Assembly: GCA_014237145.1 (NCBI GenBank)
Contig: JAAXOC010000096.1
Location: 60,138 to 124,137 of the forward strand
Source of the DNA: ANME-2 cluster archaeon
Lineage (GTDB): Archaea; Halobacteriota; Methanosarcinia; Methanosarcinales; Methanocomedenaceae
Length of the DNA stretch: 64,000 nucleotides
Direction of reading: 5' to 3'
Under the pieces are notes generated by a model that was not told the DNA's origin, did not search any database, and was given only the letters and a program-made list of their open reading frames with translations. The stretch's first letter is position 1, and the number at the start of each line of letters is the position of its first letter. Below are positions 1 through 9,951 of this stretch, piece after piece. Position numbers and translations under genes: made by a program.

Positions 1-2
1 AA

Positions 3-701
3 TCGGTACTGGAATGCTATACCCTCACAATCCATGCGTTTAACCTGGCTGAGAAATATCGCAGTCCAGTGATCATGCTCATGGATGGGTTAGTCGGTCA
101 TATGTGGGAAAATGTCCAGTTACCTGAAAAAATTGAGGTTATTGACAGACCTGAACCCTCTGTACCACCGGATTGGTATAATCCTTACGATGACCTGCCT
201 GGTGGTGAGATAGTACCCCTGGTGCCATTCGGTGATGGATACAGATACCATGTGACTGGAATGGTACATGACAAATCAGGCTTTCCCACACTGGTTCATG
301 AAGAAGTGGAACAGTGCCTGGACAAACTTATCTACAAGATCAAAAACAATTTGCATGATATTATCAGGATAGAGGAATATATGCTTGAAGATGCCGACAT
401 CTGTATCGTGGCACACGGAAGTGTGGCCCGCTCTGCCCGTGAGGCCGTAAATATTGCCAGGAGCGAGGGGCTAAAGGTCGGACTGCTCAGACCCATAACC
501 CTGTGGCCATTCCCCAGGTTCCATCTGGAGAACATTAGTAAGAGGGTTAAGTTGTTCGTTGTGCCAGAGATGAACTACGGGCAGGTCTATGGTGAAGTGC
601 TGAAATCCTGCCCAAAAAGAGCGGTGCGGGTCACCAGAGTAGATGGTGAACTGATAACCCCGGCCCAGATCATGGAAAAGATAGAGGGAACAGCATTATG
701 A
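3..701 (+). CDS. korA: 2-oxoacid:ferredoxin oxidoreductase alpha subunit (5'-truncated by window)
   Basis: Frame is open from base 3 (SVLECYTLTIHAFNLAEKYRSPV...); YHVTGMVHDKSGFP, GLLRPITLWPFP and PEMNYGQ motifs; followed by beta and gamma subunits. Confidence 0.9.
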   Translation, partial: SVLECYTLTIHAFNLAEKYRSPVIMLMDGLVGHMWENVQLPEKIEVIDRPEPSVPPDWYNPYDDLPGGEIVPLVPFGDGYRYHVTGMVHDKSGFPTLVHEEVEQCLDKLIYKIKNNLHDIIRIEEYMLEDADICIVAHGSVARSAREAVNIARSEGLKVGLLRPITLWPFPRFHLENISKRVKLFVVPEMNYGQVYGEVLKSCPKRAVRVTRVDGELITPAQIMEKIEGTAL

Positions 702-1531
702 TACATACTTCAGAGACCATGTACAAGTACCTGCGGCCTGATAAGACATTCCCCCATGTATGGTGCCCGGGCTGTGGTATAGGCATAGTCATGGGTGCAC
801 TTGTCAGGGCTATTGAAAGGACAGGGTTTACCAAGGACGAGATCGTGCTTGTCAGCGGTATAGGCTGTTCAGGCAGGATGAGCACTTACCTGGACTTTAA
901 TACTCTTCATACTACCCATGGCCGGGCACTATCATTTGCTACAGGCATCAAGCTGGCAAATCCAAAACTTAACATTATCGTGGTCATGGGGGATGGTGAT
1001 GCCACTGCCATTGGCGGCAACCACCTGATACATTCCTGCCGCCGAAATATAGACCTGACCGCCCTTATTGTCAACAACAACATCTACGGCATGACCGGGG
1101 GTCAGTACTCCCCTACCACGCCCATGGAACACAAGGCCAGTACCGCCCAGTACGGCAGCATAGAAAAGCCATTCGACATCTGTAAACTGGTGGAAGCCTG
1201 TGGTGCATCCTTTGTAGCACGGTCAACTACATATCATGCCAAGATGCTGGATGCCCTGCTGTACAGGGCTATCGACAAGAAAGGTTTCAGTGTGGTAGAA
1301 GCTATGTCCCAGTGCCCGGTACAGTATGGAAGGCGCAATAAAAAAGGCAGTCCGGTGGACATGATGATGTGGTTTAAAAACAATTCCATCTCTAACCCGG
1401 CATTTAAGAAGATACCGTCCGGAGAGGTAGGCGAGCAGTTCCCTGTCGGTATTCTTGTAGATCTGGATGAACCTGATTACCTGGAAAGATACAGACAGAT
1501 TGTTAAAAAGGCAGGTGATGACAGGCTATGA
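698..1531 (+). CDS. korB: 2-oxoacid:ferredoxin oxidoreductase beta subunit
   Basis: WCPGCG, SGIGCS and the TPP-binding GDGD...NN motif. Confidence 0.92.
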   Translation: MIHTSETMYKYLRPDKTFPHVWCPGCGIGIVMGALVRAIERTGFTKDEIVLVSGIGCSGRMSTYLDFNTLHTTHGRALSFATGIKLANPKLNIIVVMGDGDATAIGGNHLIHSCRRNIDLTALIVNNNIYGMTGGQYSPTTPMEHKASTAQYGSIEKPFDICKLVEACGASFVARSTTYHAKMLDALLYRAIDKKGFSVVEAMSQCPVQYGRRNKKGSPVDMMMWFKNNSISNPAFKKIPSGEVGEQFPVGILVDLDEPDYLERYRQIVKKAGDDRL

Positions 1532-2085
1532 CGCAACATAATTTATGCTTATCAGGTTCGGGTGGCCAGGGTCTTATCCTGGGTGGCGCGCTGCTGGCAC
1601 ATGCAGCAGTCAAGGACGGAAAGAACGTGACAATGACCAGTAGTTACGGCCCTGAAGCCAGGGGTGGTGCCAGCAAGTCAAACCTGATCATTAGTGACAA
1701 GCCCATCGATTATCCTATACCTGAAAAAATGGATATTATACTTGCTATGAACCAGGAATCATGTAATAAATTTGTTCCTGAATTGAAGGATGATGGTATT
1801 TTAATCGTGGATTCTACACTGGTCATGCACCACCCCCCTATCAAACATTATAGCATTCCCTTTACAAAACTGGCCACAAAGGCAGGTGTGGTTATTATCG
1901 CCAATGTGATCGCACTGGGAAGTATAATAGCTCTTACCGATATCGTAAGACCGGTATCGTTAAAGGAAGCACTGAAAGAGCGTATGAGGGCGGATTTGCT
2001 GCCCATTAATGAAAAGGCGTTGAAAATTGGACTTAGGGAAGGTACAAAATTGAAGAAAAACATTGATGAGTATTATACCTATTAA
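1528..2085 (+). CDS. korC: 2-oxoacid:ferredoxin oxidoreductase gamma subunit
   Basis: GSGGQG and SYGPEARGG motifs. Confidence 0.9.
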   Translation: MTQHNLCLSGSGGQGLILGGALLAHAAVKDGKNVTMTSSYGPEARGGASKSNLIISDKPIDYPIPEKMDIILAMNQESCNKFVPELKDDGILIVDSTLVMHHPPIKHYSIPFTKLATKAGVVIIANVIALGSIIALTDIVRPVSLKEALKERMRADLLPINEKALKIGLREGTKLKKNIDEYYTY

Positions 2086-2205
2086 ATGTAATATTATATA
2101 TCTGTTAAATATAATATCATCTATTTAATAATATGAGATTATATATTAAATAATATGTAAGAGGGAGATACCAGGAAAATATCATTATCAAGTAAGTGAA
2201 AGAGC

Positions 2206-2226
2206 GGCCGTTTTTGGGGGGACGGC
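2206..2226. terminator. Hairpin between convergent korC and PAC2 genes
   Basis: GGCCGT-loop-ACGGCC stem with T-rich sequence nearby. Confidence 0.35.
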
Positions 2227-2250
2227 CTCCTAACCTTTTTACTTTTTCTG

Positions 2251-3024
2251 TTAACCGATATACCGCAGGTCTTCGTCTACACCAATCTCACGTGGTCCCT
2301 GCATCTGTTCCATTTCAAGGATCTTTGCCATTATACGCTCCATGTCCTTGGCTCTTTCCTCCAGGCTTTGGGTATCGACCTGCATATCCAGGATAGAACT
2401 AAGTACGCTTAGTACGGCCTGTGCACTTTTTGGGTCTACAAGATAACCTGAAGTAGTACCCATAAGACAAGCGGCATCAATACCCCTTATTTTACTCAAA
2501 CCCAGAAGTAAGCCCGACACGCCTACTATTCCACCTGCAGGTTCGTTTTCCTTGAATTCCACACCATATCCTTTAAGTTCCTCGATCATGTCGGTATTGT
2601 TCACTGCACCCAGCACGGATTCGCTTTCAGTAAGCTGTCCTGTTCCATAGCCACCAAGGGTATAGATACGCTTAACGTTGTACTCTGTTGCTATGTTCAG
2701 GATGATACCAGAGATTTCATAATGTCCTTCATTTGTAACGCTCTGATGGTCTCCCACCACGATCAGCAGGTCATTATGGGTATCTGATTTGTGCGCATAG
2801 AATTCATTTTTTACAAGTTCAACTGAAAAATCATCTTTTACAATAACTTGTGGAGGAAAATGGGGAGAATATATCTCCACGATCTTCTCAGTTTCAAGTT
2901 CTTCCACCATCTGCTCGGCTACCAGTTTGCCCACATGGCCCACACCTGGCAGACCTTCGATCAGAATGGGGTCTTCCAGTTCGACTTCGTTTAAAATCTT
3001 TACAATTGTTTCTTTCATTTGCAT
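2251..3024 (-). CDS. Proteasome assembly chaperone (PAC2 family)
   Basis: IEGLPGVGHVGKL and GYLVDPKSA motifs; conserved position after nop10. Confidence 0.9.
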   Translation of the reverse strand: MQMKETIVKILNEVELEDPILIEGLPGVGHVGKLVAEQMVEELETEKIVEIYSPHFPPQVIVKDDFSVELVKNEFYAHKSDTHNDLLIVVGDHQSVTNEGHYEISGIILNIATEYNVKRIYTLGGYGTGQLTESESVLGAVNNTDMIEELKGYGVEFKENEPAGGIVGVSGLLLGLSKIRGIDAACLMGTTSGYLVDPKSAQAVLSVLSSILDMQVDTQSLEERAKDMERIMAKILEMEQMQGPREIGVDEDLRYIG

Positions 3025-3192
3025 TTAGCTCTCTTTTAACTGGCTTTTCATCAATCGCCTGTATCTACCGTACCTGTCTTCCAGTGAGAACCGGCCAGGT
3101 TTCGGGTTAATAGTTGTACCGCCGCAGGATGGGCACTTGTCTTTTAGAGTATAATTGGCGCATTCTGTACAGTATTTGATATGTTGACCCAT
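3025..3192 (-). CDS. nop10: H/ACA RNP protein Nop10 (not in ORF track, 55 aa)
   Basis: Manual translation MGQHIKYCTECANYTLKDKCPSCGGTTINPKPGRFSLEDRYGRYRRLMKSQLKES; CxxC...CxxC plus the RFSxEDxYGRYRR motif. Confidence 0.93.
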   Translation of the reverse strand: MGQHIKYCTECANYTLKDKCPSCGGTTINPKPGRFSLEDRYGRYRRLMKSQLKES

Positions 3193-3201
3193 AATAATCC
3201 T

Positions 3202-3999
3202 TCAGGCCTTGGCTTCATTATGCCTGTGGAATGAGCCTGTACCCTTGGCATTCTTTATAACCTTGATAGCTGCATCTGCCGATTGTTTAAGTACATTCTC
3301 GGCTTTTTTGTAATCAGGAGCTGTAACATGTATCCTGTATCTCGGGGCACCCATATAGGTGACATCAACTTTCACGTCTTCATCCACTTTGATCTTAGCA
3401 GCGGATTTAAGGGATTTGTTGATGGCATCCACGCCTTCGGGCGTCGGGCATGACAGGTCCATGTATCCTGTGATCTCCACATACGGTATTTTTATATTTT
3501 CAATTCCCACATTGCTGATGGCTTCGGCCTGTGCACTTTTCACCCCTGCATCTATCAATGCATCTGCCCCGTTCTGCATACCTTCTTCAAAAGCTGCATA
3601 TACGCTGTCATAAATTTCATAGAGCTGGTCGATAAGTTCTTCCAGTTCTTCAGGACCGGTTTTGGTGACCTCAGCCACGTAATTTATCCAATTTTCGGCC
3701 TTTTGCTCATTCTTCCAATCCTGTATCTTTTCCCGCCGCTGGTGTTCATTAACATCCTTCAACGACAGGTCGATATGATGCTTCGTAGGTTCAACATTCA
3801 GGACCTTACAGACGATCTTTTGCCCCTCTCTCACGTGGTCCCTGATGTATTTGACCCAACCGGCAGCTACCTCGGATATATGGATCAGGCCTTCCTTTAG
3901 GCCATATTCGTCAAGTTCGGTGAATGCACCGAAGTCCTTGACCTGCTTTACTGTACAGACAACCAGTTCATCCTCTTCAGGCCAGCCTTTTCGTTCCAT
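3202..3999 (-). CDS. eif2a: Translation initiation factor 2 alpha subunit
   Basis: N-terminal S1 domain (WPEEDELVVCTV...HISEVA) and GAPRYRI. Confidence 0.95.
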   Translation of the reverse strand: MERKGWPEEDELVVCTVKQVKDFGAFTELDEYGLKEGLIHISEVAAGWVKYIRDHVREGQKIVCKVLNVEPTKHHIDLSLKDVNEHQRREKIQDWKNEQKAENWINYVAEVTKTGPEELEELIDQLYEIYDSVYAAFEEGMQNGADALIDAGVKSAQAEAISNVGIENIKIPYVEITGYMDLSCPTPEGVDAINKSLKSAAKIKVDEDVKVDVTYMGAPRYRIHVTAPDYKKAENVLKQSADAAIKVIKNAKGTGSFHRHNEAKA

Positions 4000-4028
4000 A
4001 TTTATCTCCGGTATGAATTCTTATGTAT

Positions 4029-4220
4029 CTATTCCAGTACTTCGATAATCTGTGTTTTGATTATTCCCTTTCCGCCTGTGGGTTCTGCAAGTGTGCGGCC
4101 GCATACCTGACAGACAATAATACTGCTGGCACTGCCGAAGATCACCTGCTCGTTCTCGCAATCATTGCACTTGACTTTAAGGAATCTGCTTTTTGGTTCT
4201 TGTAACATTTTTGCATTCAC
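4029..4220 (-). CDS. rps27e: 30S ribosomal protein S27e
   Basis: FLKVKCNDC...[15 protein letters not shown]. Confidence 0.95.
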   Translation of the reverse strand: MNAKMLQEPKSRFLKVKCNDCENEQVIFGSASSIIVCQVCGRTLAEPTGGKGIIKTQIIEVLE

Positions 4221-4495
4221 CCCGTAAGTTCGAACTTACCGGCTCTGAAACATTTCTTCTGGTATGCTTTCTTACATACGGTGCACCGGTACCTCAGTGC
4301 TACTTTCTTGGTCGGCTTGTCGCCGCCAGGCACCTTTGAGAACTTGCCTGTATTGCCTATTCCCTGATGTCTGTGTTTCTGTCTCGTAATTCTCGTCATT
4401 GACGATGCCTTACCTTTCTTGACCCTTTCTACTTTATGCTCTGTGTGGGTCTTGCAAAATGGGCAATGCGTCCTGAACTTTGTTGGCATCTTCAT
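4217..4495 (-). CDS. rpl44e: 50S ribosomal protein L44e (eL42)
   Basis: [10 protein letters not shown] and KPTKK...RCTVC. Confidence 0.95.
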   Translation of the reverse strand: MKMPTKFRTHCPFCKTHTEHKVERVKKGKASSMTRITRQKHRHQGIGNTGKFSKVPGGDKPTKKVALRYRCTVCKKAYQKKCFRAGKFELTG

Positions 4496-4540
4496 ATTAT
4501 TTTCATCCTTTGTGAGTGATATTATTTATTCTAATTATTG

Positions 4541-5656
4541 TCAAGTACTTTCGATCTGTACCGCTACCTTACGTTTTATGAGGGGTTTCGCATTTACTTT
4601 CGGTAAAACAGCCACGTCCTGGGCACCCAGTATATAGTTGCGTCCATCGGCACCCCTAAACTTTGGGATGTCCTTTAGTAATCGCACAACAATGTATTCT
4701 TTATTTATATCCTTTTTGCCTTTTTCATCAGAGTCCCTGCCTATTTCTTCTTTATGAAGTGGTGGAGAGGTAACCTGTGTTTTTGTTTCCTGAGGGGATG
4801 ATTTTTCAGTTCCAGGTGTACTATCGGCTGCCGATGCCCCCGATATATCCTGTTTATCATCAATTGGTACTTGATCCGACACCCCTGGTGATGTCCCTGC
4901 ATCAGTTGATATCGCTCCAGACGTTTTATCACCGACATCGTCTGCCGGAACCAGGTGTTCATCAGTATCCTGCACTGGTGTTGTGATGTCAGATTTGATG
5001 CGGGGTTTACTGTCTGGTTTATTATCTGATTTAATCTTAGGTTGAATATTTGGTTTAATACCTGATTCAATGTTGGGTTGAATGCTTGATTTAATGTCAG
5101 GTTTACTGTCTGGTTTAATACCTGATCCAATGTTAGGTTTAATGCTTGATTTAATGTCAGGTTTACTGTCTGGTTTAATACCTGATTCAATGTTAGGTTG
5201 AATACTTGATTTAATGTCAGGTTTAATATTTGGCTTACTATCCGGCTTAATACCGGGTTCATTTTCAGTTAATGTGCCAAGGATGGGTTCTATGGTATTT
5301 TTCTTACCTGAAAGGATTGCGTCCAGTACCTGCTGATATACATGCCTCTCCTCCGGGGTCATATTCTCAATATCATGAGTGATATTAGTATGATTTTTAG
5401 AAAATGCCTTGCCAGAAGCCATTTTAATAATCTTGCGTGTACGCCTGTTGAATATCTTATCAACCGTTGACAGGGCATTCTTCAGTTCATACTGGATCAT
5501 GATACTTTCCTCGGAATGTCTCCTGGATATTTTCCGGTCAGCTTCTTCCAGTTCCTTGATATATTCCTGTACTGCTGAGTAGAAACCAGGAGCTATCCTC
5601 GACAGGGTGGGTTTTTTCTCTTCCTCAAGTACACGGACAAGTTCTTCGAATTTCAT
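4541..5656 (-). CDS. GINS complex subunit Gins51/GINS15 with long repetitive linker
   Basis: Helical N-terminal A domain; C-terminal B domain (VVRLLKDIPKFRGADGRNYILGAQDVAVLP...LIKRKVA); conserved position between priS and rpl44e. Confidence 0.85.
   Translation of the reverse strand: MKFEELVRVLEEEKKPTLSRIAPGFYSAVQEYIKELEEADRKISRRHSEESIMIQYELKNALSTVDKIFNRRTRKIIKMASGKAFSKNHTNITHDIENMTPEERHVYQQVLDAILSGKKNTIEPILGTLTENEPGIKPDSKPNIKPDIKSSIQPNIESGIKPDSKPDIKSSIKPNIGSGIKPDSKPDIKSSIQPNIESGIKPNIQPKIKSDNKPDSKPRIKSDITTPVQDTDEHLVPADDVGDKTSGAISTDAGTSPGVSDQVPIDDKQDISGASAADSTPGTEKSSPQETKTQVTSPPLHKEEIGRDSDEKGKKDINKEYIVVRLLKDIPKFRGADGRNYILGAQDVAVLPKVNAKPLIKRKVAVQIEST
4990..5258 (-). repeat. Coding tandem repeat: 60-bp unit x about 3.3, with 12-bp sub-period
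   Basis: Lines 5041, 5101 and 5161 are nearly identical; encodes (KPDSKPDIKSSIxPNIxSGI)n. Confidence 0.95.
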
Positions 5657-6822
5657 CTCACTCCCCCCATATATTCGGCAGCACCCTTACACATCAGGTA
5701 GATAGCCGCATATTCGGGCAGTACATTAGCCCCCTCCTCCACTTCGAATTGCTCATCCATCATCTCAACTGTAGTGGGCCTGGTGACATTTATCTTTATC
5801 TCATTATCCCCAAACACCACAGCATCCACCAGGGGTTCGAACCTGTGCAGTTCATCCACAGTCAGCGATATTACCTTCATGCCCGATTTTCCATGCAGGG
5901 ACGATGCCGCTCTTATCAGGCGTTTTATGTCGGCTGTTACAGGTTCGTCGATATGGACACTTATATGTGGTATGACCTGCTGCAAGGCAGTTTCCCAGAA
6001 CCCTGCAGGAATCGAGCTTAATGCATCAAAATTCCCCATCCTCAAAGGTTCCAGATGAACAGGATCGTTAACAGTATTTATTATCTTATTTGCAGTCTTT
6101 TTCCCGATCCTGTCAAATTCCATGAGTCTCTTTACAGGATTGTCACCACCTGCCAGTTCCTGCAGGTAGCTGATCAATTTGCGGTTCACCAGCCTGCCCC
6201 ACCCACCCTGGGATTCGGATGGAAATACCAGTATCTTTGATCTCTTATCATCACCTTCCACATATTTTTTCTTGAAAATGTGGTCCAGGTCAAGGCCGGT
6301 CCCGCTCAGGTAATCTACTATCTCCCTTCGCTGGGCGCTGTCCAGGTTCAGTACCCTTGGGTCCCTTACATGAACATGATACCCCCGCCCTCCCGAAAAG
6401 GCAATATGAAGGGTCTCCCCATCAAACCCAAAATCATCCATCAAAAACCCGATCAGTTTGATGATCTCATGCTTTGCATCATCAAGCATGACCTTGAAGG
6501 AATCAGTCTTCACAGGCAGGTGGTCGGCATCGATATCGAAGATCAGGTCTGCACCCTCCCAGTTCTTTTCCTTCATGGTAGGGGCACTAGGATGCTGGTA
6601 GTAAGCAGCCGAATGGTACACATGGGCCGGGACCATGGCCTGGATATATTCCTGCATCTCACCAACGCTTACAAATGCTTTGTGCCGCCGCATACCTGAA
6701 TCCGGCTCAAACATTAAAAATCCCCATTCCCGTTTCTCAAGACCCGGCGGAGGCTCAGGCGGCTCTTTCCTGTAATGTTCCTGGAACTTCTTTTTAATGA
6801 ACAGGATGGTATTGAGTTCCAT
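5653..6822 (-). CDS. priS: DNA primase small (catalytic) subunit
   Basis: DLIFDIDADHL, FSGGRGYHVH and DIKRLIR motifs. Confidence 0.96.
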   Translation of the reverse strand: MELNTILFIKKKFQEHYRKEPPEPPPGLEKREWGFLMFEPDSGMRRHKAFVSVGEMQEYIQAMVPAHVYHSAAYYQHPSAPTMKEKNWEGADLIFDIDADHLPVKTDSFKVMLDDAKHEIIKLIGFLMDDFGFDGETLHIAFSGGRGYHVHVRDPRVLNLDSAQRREIVDYLSGTGLDLDHIFKKKYVEGDDKRSKILVFPSESQGGWGRLVNRKLISYLQELAGGDNPVKRLMEFDRIGKKTANKIINTVNDPVHLEPLRMGNFDALSSIPAGFWETALQQVIPHISVHIDEPVTADIKRLIRAASSLHGKSGMKVISLTVDELHRFEPLVDAVVFGDNEIKINVTRPTTVEMMDEQFEVEEGANVLPEYAAIYLMCKGAAEYMGGVR

Positions 6823-6976
6823 CTGTTACTAACTCAGACCTGATAATATGTAAAATTTGGTTTAAGTGGCAGGTTAACCTGGTAAAATAGGGAATTATTA
6901 TAACAATACGGACTGTATAATCCCGTGCACCGATATTGAGAAAATGATTATCCTGTAATGGAACAATTCCCAGATC

Positions 6977-7894
6977 ATGCGTATCCCGACCAACGACTTC
7001 GACCTTGACAGCACACTGGACTGCGGACAGGTATTCAGGTGGCAGCACAGCGGTGAATGGTGGACCGGCGTGGTCCTGGGCCATATTGTGCGGGCAAGAC
7101 AGGATGGGTGTGACCTGATAGTTGACACCGGCCTGGACAGGGACAGCATCGTCCGGTATTTCAGGCTGGATGACGATATGCCAGGGATATACGGCCGGAT
7201 AAACACCGACCCTGTAATGGACAATCTGATAAGGCGTTTCAGGGGATTGCGGCTGGTAAGGCAACAACCCTGGGAATGCCTCATATCCTACATGGCCTCA
7301 AGCTGCAAGTCCATTCCCAATATCAAGGATTCCATTTCCAACCTGTGCAGGCAGTACGGCGATGACCTGGGCCGGGATTTTTCGTTCCCCACTGCTGAAG
7401 TGCTGGCCCAGACCAGCGAGAGCAGGTTGAGGGAGACTAAACTGGGATTTAGAAGTGCTAATATACTGGAGGTGGCAAGGAAAGTGGACAGGGGAGAACT
7501 TGACCTGGGCGCGCCCTTTGAACTTGAGTACAGGGAGGCAAGGGAATTGCTGATGGAAGTGCGGGGTATCGGGCCAAAGATAGCAGATTGCGTGCTGCTG
7601 TTCGCCTATGATAAGCTGGAGGCATTCCCGGTAGATACGCATATACTGTCAGTGATGAATGAACACTACGGCCGGTTCCTGGTGGGTCCAAAAAGCAGAC
7701 AGAGTGGTATCATCGGTGAATTTGCACGCGGCTATTTCGGGCAATATGCCGGATATGCCCAGCAGTACCTGTACTATTCCAGGATATCGGGTGATAACCC
7801 ATTGACTCATTCTGTTGATTGTAAAATCATCAAAGAAACCCGGAGTATAATTAAGAGCACAAGGCTGCCAGACAGGATAACGGACAGGAGTTGA
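6977..7894 (+). CDS. 8-oxoguanine DNA glycosylase (OGG1-type, HhH-GPD)
   Basis: TLDCGQVFRW, GIGPKIADCVLLF, FPVDTH and AGYAQQYLY motifs. Confidence 0.9.
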   Translation: MRIPTNDFDLDSTLDCGQVFRWQHSGEWWTGVVLGHIVRARQDGCDLIVDTGLDRDSIVRYFRLDDDMPGIYGRINTDPVMDNLIRRFRGLRLVRQQPWECLISYMASSCKSIPNIKDSISNLCRQYGDDLGRDFSFPTAEVLAQTSESRLRETKLGFRSANILEVARKVDRGELDLGAPFELEYREARELLMEVRGIGPKIADCVLLFAYDKLEAFPVDTHILSVMNEHYGRFLVGPKSRQSGIIGEFARGYFGQYAGYAQQYLYYSRISGDNPLTHSVDCKIIKETRSIIKSTRLPDRITDRS

Positions 7895-8200
7895 CCGGAT
7901 TATCTTTTGTGTAGTATTCAAATTAAAAGAACTTCACAAAAAAACCAGTGTTATCTTAGATCGCTATCCTACAGGGGCATCTTGTCTAAAAATGTAAATC
8001 ATGCAGGTGCTTTTAAAATTTTAATGAGGAGAATCTCTAGCAGGGCATGTAAATAATTTAATATTTTAATTTATTCAATCTAAAATATAATATGCATTTT
8101 AATAAAATTACATAAAAGAAATTCAAACCATCTGCTTTTCAGATAATTTTATAATTGATAAATGTGAAGGATTTTTTGTAAAACTTTTGGAGGTTTTAGT

Positions 8201-9835
8201 TTGAATTCGTTAGTTATAGCAGTTATAGGATTAATAGCCCTATATTTTGCATATGTTATATATGGAACAAAAATTTCAAAACTACTTGACATTAATGATG
8301 ACAATGAAACACCAGCCATTGGCATGAACGATGGTGTGGATTATGTCCCGACAAGATCACGGATTGTGTTCGGTCACCATTTTTCATCCATTGCAGGTGC
8401 AGGTCCTATAATCGGTCCGGTGGTGGCAGCGTCCCTCTTTGGCTGGCTGCCGGCATTTTTGTGGATCGTTATCGGCTCTATATTTATTGGAGGTGTCCAT
8501 GATATGAGTTCCATGGTGGCATCCATCCGGCATGAAGGTAAAAGCATTGCAAGTGTTGCCGGAAAAGTCATGAGCAGAAGAGCACAACTTATATTTGCAG
8601 CTTTTATCTGGCTTACATTGATACTCATTGTTGCGGTTTTTGCCGTAGTTGCGGCAAAAGCATTGATCAATAAACCAGAGATCGTCCTGCCCACATTGAT
8701 GCTGATACCCATTGCACTACTTGTAGGTTATATGGGTTTTAAGCTCCGGATAGATACACGTATCGGAACGGCACTGGGTTTGTTGCTTCTCTTTGCATTC
8801 ATATACCTGGGATTGAGTTTTCCCCTTGAACTGCCTGTAAGTGATCCTTTCATTTACTGGGTTGTGATACTTCTTGTGTACGCATTTATCGCATCAGTGC
8901 TGCCGGTCTGGACATTACTTCAACCCAGGGACTATCTGGCCTCATATGTGCTATTCATTGGATTAGCAATAGGATTTATTGGTGTGGCTGTGGTTCATCC
9001 GACGATTTCCACTCCAGCCTTTATCAGCGTCAATAGTAGTGCTGGATATCTTTGGCCCATACTGTTTGTGACAGTTGCATGTGGGGCAGTCTCTGGTTTT
9101 CATTCACTTGTCAGCAGCGGGACAACTTCAAAACAGATCAAGAAAGAATCCGATACAAAAGTGATAGGATACGGTGCCATGCTGGTGGAAGGTGTTCTGG
9201 CCATTCTGGCATTACTTGCAGTAACCGCAGGATTGAGCTGGGCCACCAATGACCCATCAATATCTTATCCTGTACTCCTGAAGCAGGGTTGGATACTGAC
9301 GTTCGGTACCGGCTATGGTCACCTGGTGGCCCCAATCTTTGGTTTAACGCTGGGAACTGTGGTCGGCATGATGATAATAAAGACTTTTGTCATGACCACA
9401 CTTGATACGGCAAGCAGGCTTGGAAGATTTGTAGGTACAGAACTGTTCGGAAGTAACGGACTTGGTATTACAGTGATGGATAACAGGTATGTATCCACAA
9501 TAGTTTTGATAATACCGGCAGGCGCTCTTGCTCTTACTGATAGCTGGACCATTATCTGGCCGGTTTTCGGGTCAGCGAACCAGTTGATTGCAGCCCTGAC
9601 ACTGTTTGTAGTTACTATCTGGCTTGTGGGACTGAAAAAACCGTCACGATATACTTTATATCCTGGCATTTTCATGTTGCTGACTACGATAGCGGCACTG
9701 GTGTTCCTGGCTATCGACCTGATACCGGCCAAGAATTACTTACTGGGCGGCACGGTAATTATTTTGCTTGTGCTGGCACTTCTTGTGGTGGTTGAAACCA
9801 TTTCCAGCTGGAAAAGAATTAAAGCAAGTGTATAA
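8201..9835 (+). CDS. cstA: Carbon starvation protein A family transporter
   Basis: DGVDYVPT, FGHHFSSIAGAGPI, LLQPRDY and ACGAVSGFHSL motifs. Confidence 0.93.
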   Translation: MNSLVIAVIGLIALYFAYVIYGTKISKLLDINDDNETPAIGMNDGVDYVPTRSRIVFGHHFSSIAGAGPIIGPVVAASLFGWLPAFLWIVIGSIFIGGVHDMSSMVASIRHEGKSIASVAGKVMSRRAQLIFAAFIWLTLILIVAVFAVVAAKALINKPEIVLPTLMLIPIALLVGYMGFKLRIDTRIGTALGLLLLFAFIYLGLSFPLELPVSDPFIYWVVILLVYAFIASVLPVWTLLQPRDYLASYVLFIGLAIGFIGVAVVHPTISTPAFISVNSSAGYLWPILFVTVACGAVSGFHSLVSSGTTSKQIKKESDTKVIGYGAMLVEGVLAILALLAVTAGLSWATNDPSISYPVLLKQGWILTFGTGYGHLVAPIFGLTLGTVVGMMIIKTFVMTTLDTASRLGRFVGTELFGSNGLGITVMDNRYVSTIVLIIPAGALALTDSWTIIWPVFGSANQLIAALTLFVVTIWLVGLKKPSRYTLYPGIFMLLTTIAALVFLAIDLIPAKNYLLGGTVIILLVLALLVVVETISSWKRIKASV

Positions 9836-9866
9836 ACAAAAACCTGGATTTGAAAATTAAAGTCTG

Positions 9867-9895
9867 GCCATTTTATAATGGCCTTCCCTTTTTTA
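9867..9895 (+). terminator. Hairpin plus U-tract after cstA
   Basis: GGCCATT-TTAT-AATGGCC followed by TTCCCTTTTTT. Confidence 0.5.
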
Positions 9896-9951
9896 ATATT
9901 TGTATTGGGCAAAGATTATCTAAGTATATTGGATATTATAATTGGTAATAT

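Noticed and set aside
4990..5258. Repeat as CRISPR, or the alternative-frame 4741-5262 ORF as a real gene
   Set aside because: The repeat is in frame within gins and has no spacers; the other frame is open only because of repeat periodicity
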